From positions 62,001 to 126,000 of IMG/VR virus record IMGVR_UViG_3300030099_004448: 64,000 nt of DNA; one strand, given 5' to 3'. Position numbers and translations under genes: made by a program. The notes under the pieces are model-generated. The model did not search any database and was not told the DNA's origin. It saw only the letters and a program-made list of their open reading frames with translations. Below are positions 45,780 through 54,837 of the stretch, one piece after another (position 1 is the first letter of the stretch; each line of letters starts with the position of its first letter).

Positions 45780-46208
45780 ATGGCATTCGGTCTTGGTAAA
45801 TTAGCAGTTTTAGAATCAAAACTTGATATTTATGAAGATCTCTCTAAAGAGATGCTTGACAAATTAGAACGTGCAGTAGGAACTATTTCTGAGAATAGCA
45901 ATAAGATTGCTATTATCTTAGAACGTCATGAAACACGTCTAGACGAGGGAGACAAATCTAATCAACTCATCATCAGAATGATTGAGGAGATGAAAGAAAA
46001 ACAGACTAAAGACAATGAAGTCTTGCACGAAAGAATTTCTACTGTACAAAAGAAGGTAGACTCTAACGCCAAGTTTGTAGTGGGTGCTGGTGCTGTTCTA
46101 GCGACTGTTGTGACAGTCCTACAAGTTCTACCACCTGTCCTAAAAGTATTGACACCACAACTGTCCACCAGTATGATAGGAGGAACGCACGTAGAACGCC
46201 TCGGATGA
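45780..46208 (+). CDS. Coiled-coil protein with C-terminal TM (possible holin-like)
   Basis: Heptad-rich body followed by FVVGAGAVLATVVTVL. Confidence 0.6.
   Translation: MAFGLGKLAVLESKLDIYEDLSKEMLDKLERAVGTISENSNKIAIILERHETRLDEGDKSNQLIIRMIEEMKEKQTKDNEVLHERISTVQKKVDSNAKFVVGAGAVLATVVTVLQVLPPVLKVLTPQLSTSMIGGTHVERLG
46149..46177 (+). promoter_or_regulatory. Sigma70-type promoter for primase
   Basis: TTGACA-N17-TATGAT; the spacer contains AACTGTCCAC. Confidence 0.75.
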
Positions 46209-47200
46209 GTTTCATCGACAGCCGATACATCGGTCTGATTTCTGTAAAACTTCAAAAGTTCAGTCGGAAGAAAGAAGGTCTCTATACCTTCCGATGCCCT
46301 TATTGTGGTGATTCCCAGAAACATAAGAACAAGACTCGCGGGTATATTTACAAGTATAAGAACGATCATAATTTCAAGTGTCACAACTGTGGCGTCTCTA
46401 GATCCCTTACAAACTTCCTAAAGGACCACGACCCTGCTCTGCATGATCAGTACGTCTTTGAGAGGTATAAGGAGGGTGCCACGGGTAAAGGATCGAATAC
46501 TCCCACCCCTAAAAAACTGAGTATTCCTAAACCAGTTTTTAAGAAAAGGGACTTTGATCTTAAAAAAATCTCAGAACTAAATAAATCACATCCCGCAAGA
46601 GAATTTCTAGAAAATCGGAAGATTCCGCAACAATACCTCAGTGAACTTTACTTCACTGATAGGTTCAAAGAATGGACCAATACGCAGAAGAAAACTTTTG
46701 ATTCTCTAGAAAGAGACGAACCAAGAATTATTATTCCTTTAAAAAACAAGAATGGTATCTTCGGGTTTCAGGGTAGGTCCATTAGTCCTAAATCGAAACT
46801 TAGATATATCACTGTAATGTTGGATGATGATCATCCGAAACTTTTTGGACTTGATAGAATTGATGAAAAACAAACAATCTACATCACAGAAGGACCATTC
46901 GACAGTTATTTCCTTACCAACGCTATTGCTATGTGTGGTAGCGATGTTGACGACCGCATTATATCTAATCGAGATCGGGTCTACGTTTTCGACAACGAAC
47001 CAAGAAACCGAGAGATCGTTGCTAAGATTGCGTCAACAATTGAAAGAGGACACAAGGTAGTCATTTGGCCAGATAAAGTTGATCAGAAGGACATCAATGA
47101 CATGTTCTTGACTGGACTTAATGTTCAGGACATGGTACAATCTAATGTCTATAGTGGTTTACACGCAAAAACAAAACTTATTAGTTGGAAGAAAACATGA
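46205..47200 (+). CDS. gp61: DNA primase
   Basis: FRCPYCGDS, CHNC, RIIIP, FQGR, EGPFDS, FDNEPRN, KDIND. Confidence 0.97.
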   Translation: MSFIDSRYIGLISVKLQKFSRKKEGLYTFRCPYCGDSQKHKNKTRGYIYKYKNDHNFKCHNCGVSRSLTNFLKDHDPALHDQYVFERYKEGATGKGSNTPTPKKLSIPKPVFKKRDFDLKKISELNKSHPAREFLENRKIPQQYLSELYFTDRFKEWTNTQKKTFDSLERDEPRIIIPLKNKNGIFGFQGRSISPKSKLRYITVMLDDDHPKLFGLDRIDEKQTIYITEGPFDSYFLTNAIAMCGSDVDDRIISNRDRVYVFDNEPRNREIVAKIASTIERGHKVVIWPDKVDQKDINDMFLTGLNVQDMVQSNVYSGLHAKTKLISWKKT

Positions 47201-49506
47201 GTAACGGAACGAAAGTTGTAAAGAGAAACGGTGTAACCGAGAGTCTTGATCTTGATAAAATTCATAAGATGGTGGAGAGCGCTTGTGAGAATCTCGCAGG
47301 TGTTTCTGCATCTCAAGTGGAGATTCAATCAGGTATTCAGTTCTACGATGGAATCACTACAGGTGAAATTCAAGAAATCCTTGTACGTTCTGCCTCCGAT
47401 CTGATTGATTTGGAATCCCCAAACTATCAGTTTGTTGCAGCGCGTCTACTTTTGTTTGGTCTTTACAAACAAGTCTTTGGTCCCGAGTGGAACCAAGGAT
47501 TCCCCCACATCCTTGATCATGTCAATGGTGGTATTAAGAAGAAGATTTACGATAGGACATTAGCCAATGCGTACACTGCAGAAGAATGGGACAAGATTAA
47601 TTCTTGGATTGATCATGGGCGCGATTTTCTATTCACTTATGCAGGTCTACGTCAAGTCTGTGATAAGTACCTTGTGCAAGACAGAAGTTGCGGCGAACTT
47701 TACGAAACGCCACAATATATGTACATGTTAATTTCTGCAACTATTTTTCAGAAATATCCCCTAGATATTAGACTGGACTATGTTCGTAGATACTACAATG
47801 CCATCTCCAAACACAAAATCAACATTCCCACACCTATCATGGCGGGAGTGCGAACTGCACTTCGACAATTTGCTAGCTGTGTTCTTGTTGATGTTGATGA
47901 CTCCCTCGATAGCATCTTTAGTTCTGATATGGCTATCGGCAGATATGTTGCACAAAGGGCGGGTATCGGTATCAACGCGGGCAGAATCCGTGGCATCAAC
48001 GCTAAAATCCGAGACGGAGAAGTACAACACACTGGCGTTGTTCCTTTTCTTAAAAAATTTGAATCAACTGTACGATGTTGCACACAAAATGGGATTCGTG
48101 GTGGATCAGCGACAGTCCACTTCCCCATCTGGCACCAAGAAATCGAAGACATCATCGTTCTAAAGAATAACAAAGGAACGGAAGATAATCGTGTCAGAAA
48201 ACTGGACTACTCAATCCAAATCTCAAAGATCTTCTACGAAAGATTCATCCAAGATGGAGACATCACCCTATTCAGTCCTCACGATGTCCCAGGTCTGTAT
48301 GATGCTTTTGGCACTGACGAGTTTGATGATCTCTATACACGTTATGAATCTGATGGACGTATCCCGAAGAAGACTATCAAAGCTCAAGCACTCATTCTGG
48401 ACATCCTGAAAGAACGTGCAGAGACTGGTCGTTTGTATATCATGAACATCGATCACTGCAATTCTCACTCTTCATTCATCGATAAGGTGAATATGTCCAA
48501 CCTGTGTCAGGAGATCACTCTTCCCACAGATCCTATCGGACATATTGATGATGCATCTGGTGAGATTGCTCTTTGTGTTCTCTCCGCAGTGAACGTTGGC
48601 AAACTTAAGAATCTCGATGAACTTGAAGAACTTTGTGATCTGTCTGTCCGTGGTCTAGAAGAACTGATTGATTATCAAGACTATCCTGTAGTTGCTGCAG
48701 AAATTGCAACAAAGGCACGTAGGTCTCTTGGTATTGGATTCATTGGACTTGCACACTTCCTTGCAAAGAACGGTCTTAAGTACGATTCTCAAGAAGCTTG
48801 GGATCGAGTTCATGAACTTACCGAAGCATTCCAATACTACCTCCTTAAGTCTTCCTGTAAAATTGCAGAACAAAAAGGTCCTTGCACCGACTTCAATCGA
48901 ACGAAGTATTTTGATGGAAAACTTCCAATTGATACATACAAGAGTGATGTTGATGAGATCACTTCTAAGGAGCTGAACTATGATTGGGAGGGTCTTAGAG
49001 CATCTATCGCCACCCACGGACTACGGCACTCAACATTGTCCGCACAAATGCCATCGGAAAGTAGTTCCGTTGTGTCAAACGCAACAAATGGAATCGAACC
49101 TCCTCGCGGATACCTGTCCATTAAGAAGAGTAAAAAGGGACCTCTTAAACAGATCGTTCCTCAGTATAATACCTACAAAGGCAATTATACTCTCCTCTGG
49201 GACATGCCTGATAATACTGGGTATATCAATGTTGTTGCTGTCATGCAAAAGTTCTTTGACCAAGCGATCAGTGGAAACTGGTCCTATAATCCAGGGAACT
49301 ATCCCGACAATGAAGTACCCGTCTCAGTAATGGCACAAGACTTCCTAAAAACATATAAGTATGGGTGGAAGACTTCTTACTATCAGAACACTTACGATAA
49401 CAAAACAGATGAGATAAAAGAGGATACAAAAGAAGATCAACTTAAGGCTTTGGAACAGTTGATCATGGAAACTAGTGATGACGACTGCGAATCTTGCAAG
49501 ATCTAA
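47197..49506 (+). CDS. nrdA: Ribonucleotide reductase class Ia alpha subunit
   Basis: ATP cone VVKRNG, PTPIMAG, ASCVL, QNGIRGG, SNLCQEI, C-terminal CESCKI. Confidence 0.98.
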   Translation: MSNGTKVVKRNGVTESLDLDKIHKMVESACENLAGVSASQVEIQSGIQFYDGITTGEIQEILVRSASDLIDLESPNYQFVAARLLLFGLYKQVFGPEWNQGFPHILDHVNGGIKKKIYDRTLANAYTAEEWDKINSWIDHGRDFLFTYAGLRQVCDKYLVQDRSCGELYETPQYMYMLISATIFQKYPLDIRLDYVRRYYNAISKHKINIPTPIMAGVRTALRQFASCVLVDVDDSLDSIFSSDMAIGRYVAQRAGIGINAGRIRGINAKIRDGEVQHTGVVPFLKKFESTVRCCTQNGIRGGSATVHFPIWHQEIEDIIVLKNNKGTEDNRVRKLDYSIQISKIFYERFIQDGDITLFSPHDVPGLYDAFGTDEFDDLYTRYESDGRIPKKTIKAQALILDILKERAETGRLYIMNIDHCNSHSSFIDKVNMSNLCQEITLPTDPIGHIDDASGEIALCVLSAVNVGKLKNLDELEELCDLSVRGLEELIDYQDYPVVAAEIATKARRSLGIGFIGLAHFLAKNGLKYDSQEAWDRVHELTEAFQYYLLKSSCKIAEQKGPCTDFNRTKYFDGKLPIDTYKSDVDEITSKELNYDWEGLRASIATHGLRHSTLSAQMPSESSSVVSNATNGIEPPRGYLSIKKSKKGPLKQIVPQYNTYKGNYTLLWDMPDNTGYINVVAVMQKFFDQAISGNWSYNPGNYPDNEVPVSVMAQDFLKTYKYGWKTSYYQNTYDNKTDEIKEDTKEDQLKALEQLIMETSDDDCESCKI

Positions 49507-49527
49507 ACACAACCCCCGAGGAATTAA

Positions 49528-50676
49528 ATGTCAGTTGAAGGTATGACCGTATTAAACACATCTACAGACGTAAACGCTAGAAAACAACCTATGTTTTTTG
49601 GAGCTCCTTTGGGGATCCAAAGATATGACCAATTCAAGTATCCAGTTTTTGACAAACTCACTCAACAACAACTCGGTTATTTCTGGAGACCCGAAGAAAT
49701 TTCTCTCCAAAAAGATCGCGGTGACTATCAGACTCTTGCACCAGAACAGAAGCACATCTTCACTAGTAACCTTAAGTACCAGATCATGTTGGATTCTGTA
49801 CAAGGGCGCGGTCCTGGGATGGCTTTTATCCCTTACTGTTCACTCCCTGAACTAGAGGCGTGCATGACCGTGTGGGAGTTCATGGAGATGATCCACTCTC
49901 GTTCATATACATACATCATCAAGAATGTATATGCCGATCCTGGCGAGGTCTTCGATCACATTCTGGATGATGACAAGATTGTTGCTCGTGCAGAGTCAGT
50001 AACTTCTGCATATAATGAGTTTGTTGAGGCAGCACACCTGTATGACACAGGTAATATGTGGAAAGGAGAGTTCAAAGACTCCCCTACTGCTGCGTGGGAA
50101 TCAAAAGAATTGAAGAGGAAACTTTATCGTGCAGTCGCCAATGTCAATATTCTCGAAGGCATCAGGTTCTATGTTTCGTTCGCTTGCTCGTTTGCGTTTG
50201 GTGAACTCAAACTTATGGAAGGATCCGCTAAAATCATCTCTCTCATCGCCAGAGACGAAAATCAACATCTTGTCATTACTCAAAACATCCTCAACAAATG
50301 GCGTGACGGGGATGACCCAGAAATGGAAGAGATTGCTAGGGAAGAAAAACCCGTAGTAGAAGAGATGTTCAGGAAAACTGTGGATGAAGAGAAACGTTGG
50401 GCAGAATACCTGTTCAAAGATGGATCCATGATCGGACTGAATGATAAACTTCTAGCACAGTATGTTGAGTGGATTGCAAATCGTCGTATGAAGGCGATTG
50501 GTTTGAAACCCATTTATGATATTCCTGCTAAAAATAATCCTCTTCCTTGGACAGAACATTGGATCTCTTCAAAGGGTCTCCAAGTCGCTCCTCAAGAGAC
50601 AGAAGTTGAGTCATACGTTGTCGGTGGCATCAAACAGGACGTTAAAAAAGATACCTTTGCTGGATTCCAACTCTGA
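49528..50676 (+). CDS. nrdB: Ribonucleotide reductase class Ia beta subunit
   Basis: FWRPEE, DSVQGR, EMIHSRSY, LEGIRFY, RDENQH, QVAPQETE. Confidence 0.98.
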   Translation: MSVEGMTVLNTSTDVNARKQPMFFGAPLGIQRYDQFKYPVFDKLTQQQLGYFWRPEEISLQKDRGDYQTLAPEQKHIFTSNLKYQIMLDSVQGRGPGMAFIPYCSLPELEACMTVWEFMEMIHSRSYTYIIKNVYADPGEVFDHILDDDKIVARAESVTSAYNEFVEAAHLYDTGNMWKGEFKDSPTAAWESKELKRKLYRAVANVNILEGIRFYVSFACSFAFGELKLMEGSAKIISLIARDENQHLVITQNILNKWRDGDDPEMEEIAREEKPVVEEMFRKTVDEEKRWAEYLFKDGSMIGLNDKLLAQYVEWIANRRMKAIGLKPIYDIPAKNNPLPWTEHWISSKGLQVAPQETEVESYVVGGIKQDVKKDTFAGFQL

Positions 50677-50680
50677 TTCT

Positions 50681-50719
50681 ACGGGGACTAAATACATTAT
50701 AGTGTTGTATAGTCCCTGT
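50681..50719 (+). promoter_or_regulatory. Late-promoter-like site embedded in a hairpin over the initiation region of 50728
   Basis: ACTAAATA 50687-94; ACGGGGACTA (50681-90) pairs with TAGTCCCTGT (50710-19). Confidence 0.55.
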
Positions 50720-50727
50720 AACCCAGA

Positions 50728-53700
50728 ATGGCGAAGCAGACAATTGATATCGGATCTCAGCCAAATGATGGAACAGGTGATTCCCTAAGAGATGGCGCTC
50801 AGAAGATCAATAGTAACTTTAATGAGATATATCAAAGTTTTGGTGATGGTTTTAATTTATCCCAATTAACCATTGGTACTGCTACTACCGCAGGGTTTGC
50901 ACAAACTGCGGGAATTGCAACGAATGCACAAAATTTAAATGGGCAACCTGCTTCATTTTACTTAAATTATAATAATCTAAACAACCTACCAACAATCCCA
51001 ACCAATACTAATCAGTTAACCAACGGTGCTGGTTATATTACTAACACTGCTCTTGTAGGATATGCAACGGATGGAGATCTAGTAGGATTCCAAACTGCTG
51101 GAAATTTAGTAGGGTTTATAACAAATATTCAAGCCGGTGCGGGAATTTCTGTATTTGAATCCCCTGCCGGCAATTTTATTGTCACATCAACTGGTGGTCT
51201 TGTAGAAATTGTTGGAGATACTACTCCACAACTTGGTGGTGATTTAGATCTCAATGCCAGAACTATTAACGGAACTGGTAATATTGATATCTCTGGTCAG
51301 ATTGATATTACTGGTAACTTGGTAGTCGGTGGTGTTATCACGGGAGATCTAACAGGAACTGCCTCTACAGCTTCATTTGCAACAACTGCTTTTAATATTT
51401 CTGGAGCTCCAGATCTTGTACTTGGAGTGGTAACGGCAACATCTTTCCATGGTTCTGCTTCTGGATTAACTAATATACCCTCTGCACAATTAACTGGTGC
51501 TCTCCCTGCAATTTCTGGTGCTAACTTAACTGGTATTGCTACGGATGTTGGACTTGCAGGAGTTCAAGCAGAAGTTAATGCACTTGGAACTAATCTGAAC
51601 ATTGTAGGATTCTACGATGCTGTTGCTGGTGTTGTAACTGGACTGACTCTTGTCGGACAAGCAAGAGGTATTTCCATTGGATCTACACTTGCAGTATCTG
51701 GTATTAGCACTGGTGATTATTATATCGTTTCAGTAGGTGGAACGGAAGTTGGTATTGCAACTTATTCTAGACCTGGTATTTCCAGTGTATATTCTGGTGA
51801 TTGGATCGTTGGTATTGATACCAATGCATACTCAATCCTATCTTATTCTCAACAGGTTGTTGCACCAAGAGCAACTAGATCAGATTTCTCCGATACTTTA
51901 GAATCAAACTCTAGTGTAAACACCAGTGGTATTATTACTGCAGGATCTTTTGATGGATCTCTTGCTGCATCAAATCTTACTGGAGCTTTACCTGCAATTA
52001 GTGGTGCAAGTCTAACGAATCTTACTGGAGCATCTGCAGGAACTTTCGGTGATCCATATACAGTACCTACAGTAACAGTTGATTCTAATGGAAGAATCAC
52101 TGGAATATCTACTGTAAGTATTTCTGGTGGAGCTCTTGGGGGAAACAGGTGGTCTAATCATCCATCAGGTATCAGTACATCTTCTTCTGTTGGTATTGGA
52201 ACTACGACCATTACATCAACTCTTACAGTAAAGGGTGATGGTATTGTTGATGGAGCATTCCAAATTGGACTAAATGCAGCTACAACTGCCACTCTCAATT
52301 TAACGAGTAATTCATCCTTAAGTTATGGTGGAAATAATCTAACTCTAAGAAATGATAGAACTAGTGGAAGAGTAGTTCTAATGGGTGATAATGGTGTAGA
52401 GATTCTAAATCATGATACTGATGCAAGAGCTGCATGGTTTAGAAGTGGAATTGCATATTTGTATAATGAAGGTAATCTTAAGTTACAAACAACCACTGGT
52501 GGTATAGATGTTACTGGTGTAGTCACTGCAACCAAATTTGTTGGTGATGGATCTGGACTAATCGGGGTTACCGCTTCTGGTACAGGAATTGAAGTCAAAG
52601 ATTCTGGAAGTGTTGTTGGAACTGCAGGAACTATTGACTTTGGTACAGGTGTTGATGTATCTCCAGCCTCTGCAGGAATTGTTACCATAACTGTTAATGC
52701 TGGTGCTGCGGATACTGCATCTATAGTTTCCACATCATCTACAATAACTGATACATTAACATTAAGAGATGACAACGACGACACCAGAAAAACTACATTT
52801 ACTCATGATAGAAACGTTTACTTTGATGATACTGGATTACTTACCAGTGATGGTTTGGTCATCAATAATCGTAAAGGTGAAATAGTATTTGTTAATAGTG
52901 AGGGTGAAACTTTTTATGGAAATAATGGACCATCCCTTGCACTTAAAGAACAGAGTGTAGGCATCGGAACCACAAATCCACTGCAAGCTCTCGACGTAAG
53001 AGGTAATGCACTAGTCAGTGGCATCCTTACCGCAACTGGTGGATTCTCTGGATCTATTGATTCTGCAAATAACTTGACTGGTGGTATTGCAACCGCAACT
53101 CAACTTAGTGTAAGTGGGGTAACCACAATCAGTCTGGGAAGAATCCAAGCAAATGCTGATGCAAATATCAGATTTGGTAATGGCGCACTATCTGGATCTG
53201 TAGTTAGAAATATTGCAATCGGTGACCAAGTTCTTCAGTCCATGACTGGTGGTTCTGGTAGAAACATTGGTGTGGGTGAGTTTGCACTTAAAAATGTTTC
53301 TAGTGGTGCATACAACGTTGGACTTGGTATCAGAGCGGGTGAGAAAATAAACACTGGATCTTATAACGTAGTTCTCGGTGGATTCAATGGTGATACCACT
53401 GATTTGGGTATTATCAATTCATCAAATAATGTTGTAATTTCTGATGGACAGGGAGACATCAGATTCTACTCAAACGGAAGTAAGAACACTGGTATTAATA
53501 CTACCGTTCTCTCAAATGAAGATGTAACAGTTGGTGGTAGTTTGACTGCAACATCTTTCCATGGATCCGCTACTGGACTTACAAATATTCCTGCAGGACA
53601 ACTAACTGGAGTATTACCTACCATCGACGGTAGTAACTTAATTAACGTTACTGCAAGTGGTACTGGTGTTAACGTTCTGAACAATCAGAACACTTTAGGT

Positions 53701-54834
53701 GTTGCTGGAACATTTGATTTTAGTTCTGGTATTAATGCAAACTTTGGTGTTGGAATCTCAACTATATCTGTTGATCCTCATTTAGGATTAACTCAGGTAA
53801 ATGTATCTGGAGTTGGAACAATTGCAACTCTATCTTCCTCAAATTTAAGTGCAACTTCTCTTTCTGTTGGAGTCCTTGGTCTAACAATTAATAATAGTAG
53901 TATTGGTAATAATGGTTCTGGAAATATAAACTGGGGAACTGGTAATTTCTATTTCAATGGAAGTAGTGGAGTTAGAGAAATTGGTTGGACTAATGGAGAT
54001 GGTAGACTTAGAGTTACTGATGAGTTTAACAGAATAAAAATCGTAGGTGGTAATGGTGGTACTGGTCAAGAACTTGCAGAATTCCAAGCCGGGGGTGTTG
54101 TAGAATTATTCTATGCAGGAACAAATCCTGGAGTAAGATTGAGAACGACCGAAAAAGGAATTTATTTCCCTGAAGAATTGGTATATGCTCCTGTTGGTAT
54201 TGTAAGTGCATATGAGTTCGTCGGTTCTGCTGTGGGACTAACCAGTATTCCTGCAGCACAACTTACAGGATCACTACCTGCGATTGATGGTTCTAATCTG
54301 ATTGGAGTTATTGCTTCTGGTACTGGTATTGAAATTAAGGATAGTGACTCTGTTGTTGGTTCTGCTGGAACCGTCAACTTTGGAGATGGATTGACAGTAT
54401 CACCAGTATCTGCTGGTGTTGTTACTGTCACTGCATCAGGTGGTTCGCTTCAAAGTAGAACCATCGTTTCAGCATCAACTACTTCAATCGCAGATGATGC
54501 GGTTGGGTTTACTACTGCTGCAGGATTTAAAGCATATACCTTAATGAAGGTAGGTGTATCGACTGCAGCTTGGATTAGAATATATACTGATAGTACATCT
54601 AGAGCTAATGACAGTTCTAGATCTGTTGGAGAAGATCCATCACCAGGAAGTGGAGTAATTGCAGAGGTGGTAACCACTGGAATTTCTACGCAACAAATGA
54701 TTACTCCTTTTGCTATGGGTGGAAATATGGACGATCCCGTTAGTAATGTTATTTACTTGGCAATCAAAAACCTTTCTGGTTCAACGCAAACAATTACCGC
54801 AAACCTCACTATTCTTCAACTGGAGGCTCAATAA
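50728..54834 (+). CDS. Tail fibre / baseplate-attached fibre protein with internal repeats
   Basis: gp9/gp10-like N-terminus (IDIGSQPNDGTGDSLRDGAQKINSNFNEIY); DTTPQLGGDLD, VGIGTT and repeated TATSFxG..GLT.IP..QLTG.LPAI.G.NL units. Confidence 0.85.
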   Translation: MAKQTIDIGSQPNDGTGDSLRDGAQKINSNFNEIYQSFGDGFNLSQLTIGTATTAGFAQTAGIATNAQNLNGQPASFYLNYNNLNNLPTIPTNTNQLTNGAGYITNTALVGYATDGDLVGFQTAGNLVGFITNIQAGAGISVFESPAGNFIVTSTGGLVEIVGDTTPQLGGDLDLNARTINGTGNIDISGQIDITGNLVVGGVITGDLTGTASTASFATTAFNISGAPDLVLGVVTATSFHGSASGLTNIPSAQLTGALPAISGANLTGIATDVGLAGVQAEVNALGTNLNIVGFYDAVAGVVTGLTLVGQARGISIGSTLAVSGISTGDYYIVSVGGTEVGIATYSRPGISSVYSGDWIVGIDTNAYSILSYSQQVVAPRATRSDFSDTLESNSSVNTSGIITAGSFDGSLAASNLTGALPAISGASLTNLTGASAGTFGDPYTVPTVTVDSNGRITGISTVSISGGALGGNRWSNHPSGISTSSSVGIGTTTITSTLTVKGDGIVDGAFQIGLNAATTATLNLTSNSSLSYGGNNLTLRNDRTSGRVVLMGDNGVEILNHDTDARAAWFRSGIAYLYNEGNLKLQTTTGGIDVTGVVTATKFVGDGSGLIGVTASGTGIEVKDSGSVVGTAGTIDFGTGVDVSPASAGIVTITVNAGAADTASIVSTSSTITDTLTLRDDNDDTRKTTFTHDRNVYFDDTGLLTSDGLVINNRKGEIVFVNSEGETFYGNNGPSLALKEQSVGIGTTNPLQALDVRGNALVSGILTATGGFSGSIDSANNLTGGIATATQLSVSGVTTISLGRIQANADANIRFGNGALSGSVVRNIAIGDQVLQSMTGGSGRNIGVGEFALKNVSSGAYNVGLGIRAGEKINTGSYNVVLGGFNGDTTDLGIINSSNNVVISDGQGDIRFYSNGSKNTGINTTVLSNEDVTVGGSLTATSFHGSATGLTNIPAGQLTGVLPTIDGSNLINVTASGTGVNVLNNQNTLGVAGTFDFSSGINANFGVGISTISVDPHLGLTQVNVSGVGTIATLSSSNLSATSLSVGVLGLTINNSSIGNNGSGNINWGTGNFYFNGSSGVREIGWTNGDGRLRVTDEFNRIKIVGGNGGTGQELAEFQAGGVVELFYAGTNPGVRLRTTEKGIYFPEELVYAPVGIVSAYEFVGSAVGLTSIPAAQLTGSLPAIDGSNLIGVIASGTGIEIKDSDSVVGSAGTVNFGDGLTVSPVSAGVVTVTASGGSLQSRTIVSASTTSIADDAVGFTTAAGFKAYTLMKVGVSTAAWIRIYTDSTSRANDSSRSVGEDPSPGSGVIAEVVTTGISTQQMITPFAMGGNMDDPVSNVIYLAIKNLSGSTQTITANLTILQLEAQ
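51430..54450 (+). repeat. Dispersed degenerate protein-level repeats in the fibre gene
   Basis: Units near 51430, 51930, 52520, 53540 and 54200; 52560-52700 and 54300-54440 share ASGTGIE.KDS.SVVG.AGT..FG.G..VSP.SAG.VT.T. Confidence 0.8.
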
Positions 54835-54837
54835 AAA

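Noticed and set aside
27812-50676. Introns or inteins in gp43, gp41, uvsX, nrdA and nrdB
   Set aside because: All are continuous ORFs of normal length without intein splice motifs or embedded endonucleases
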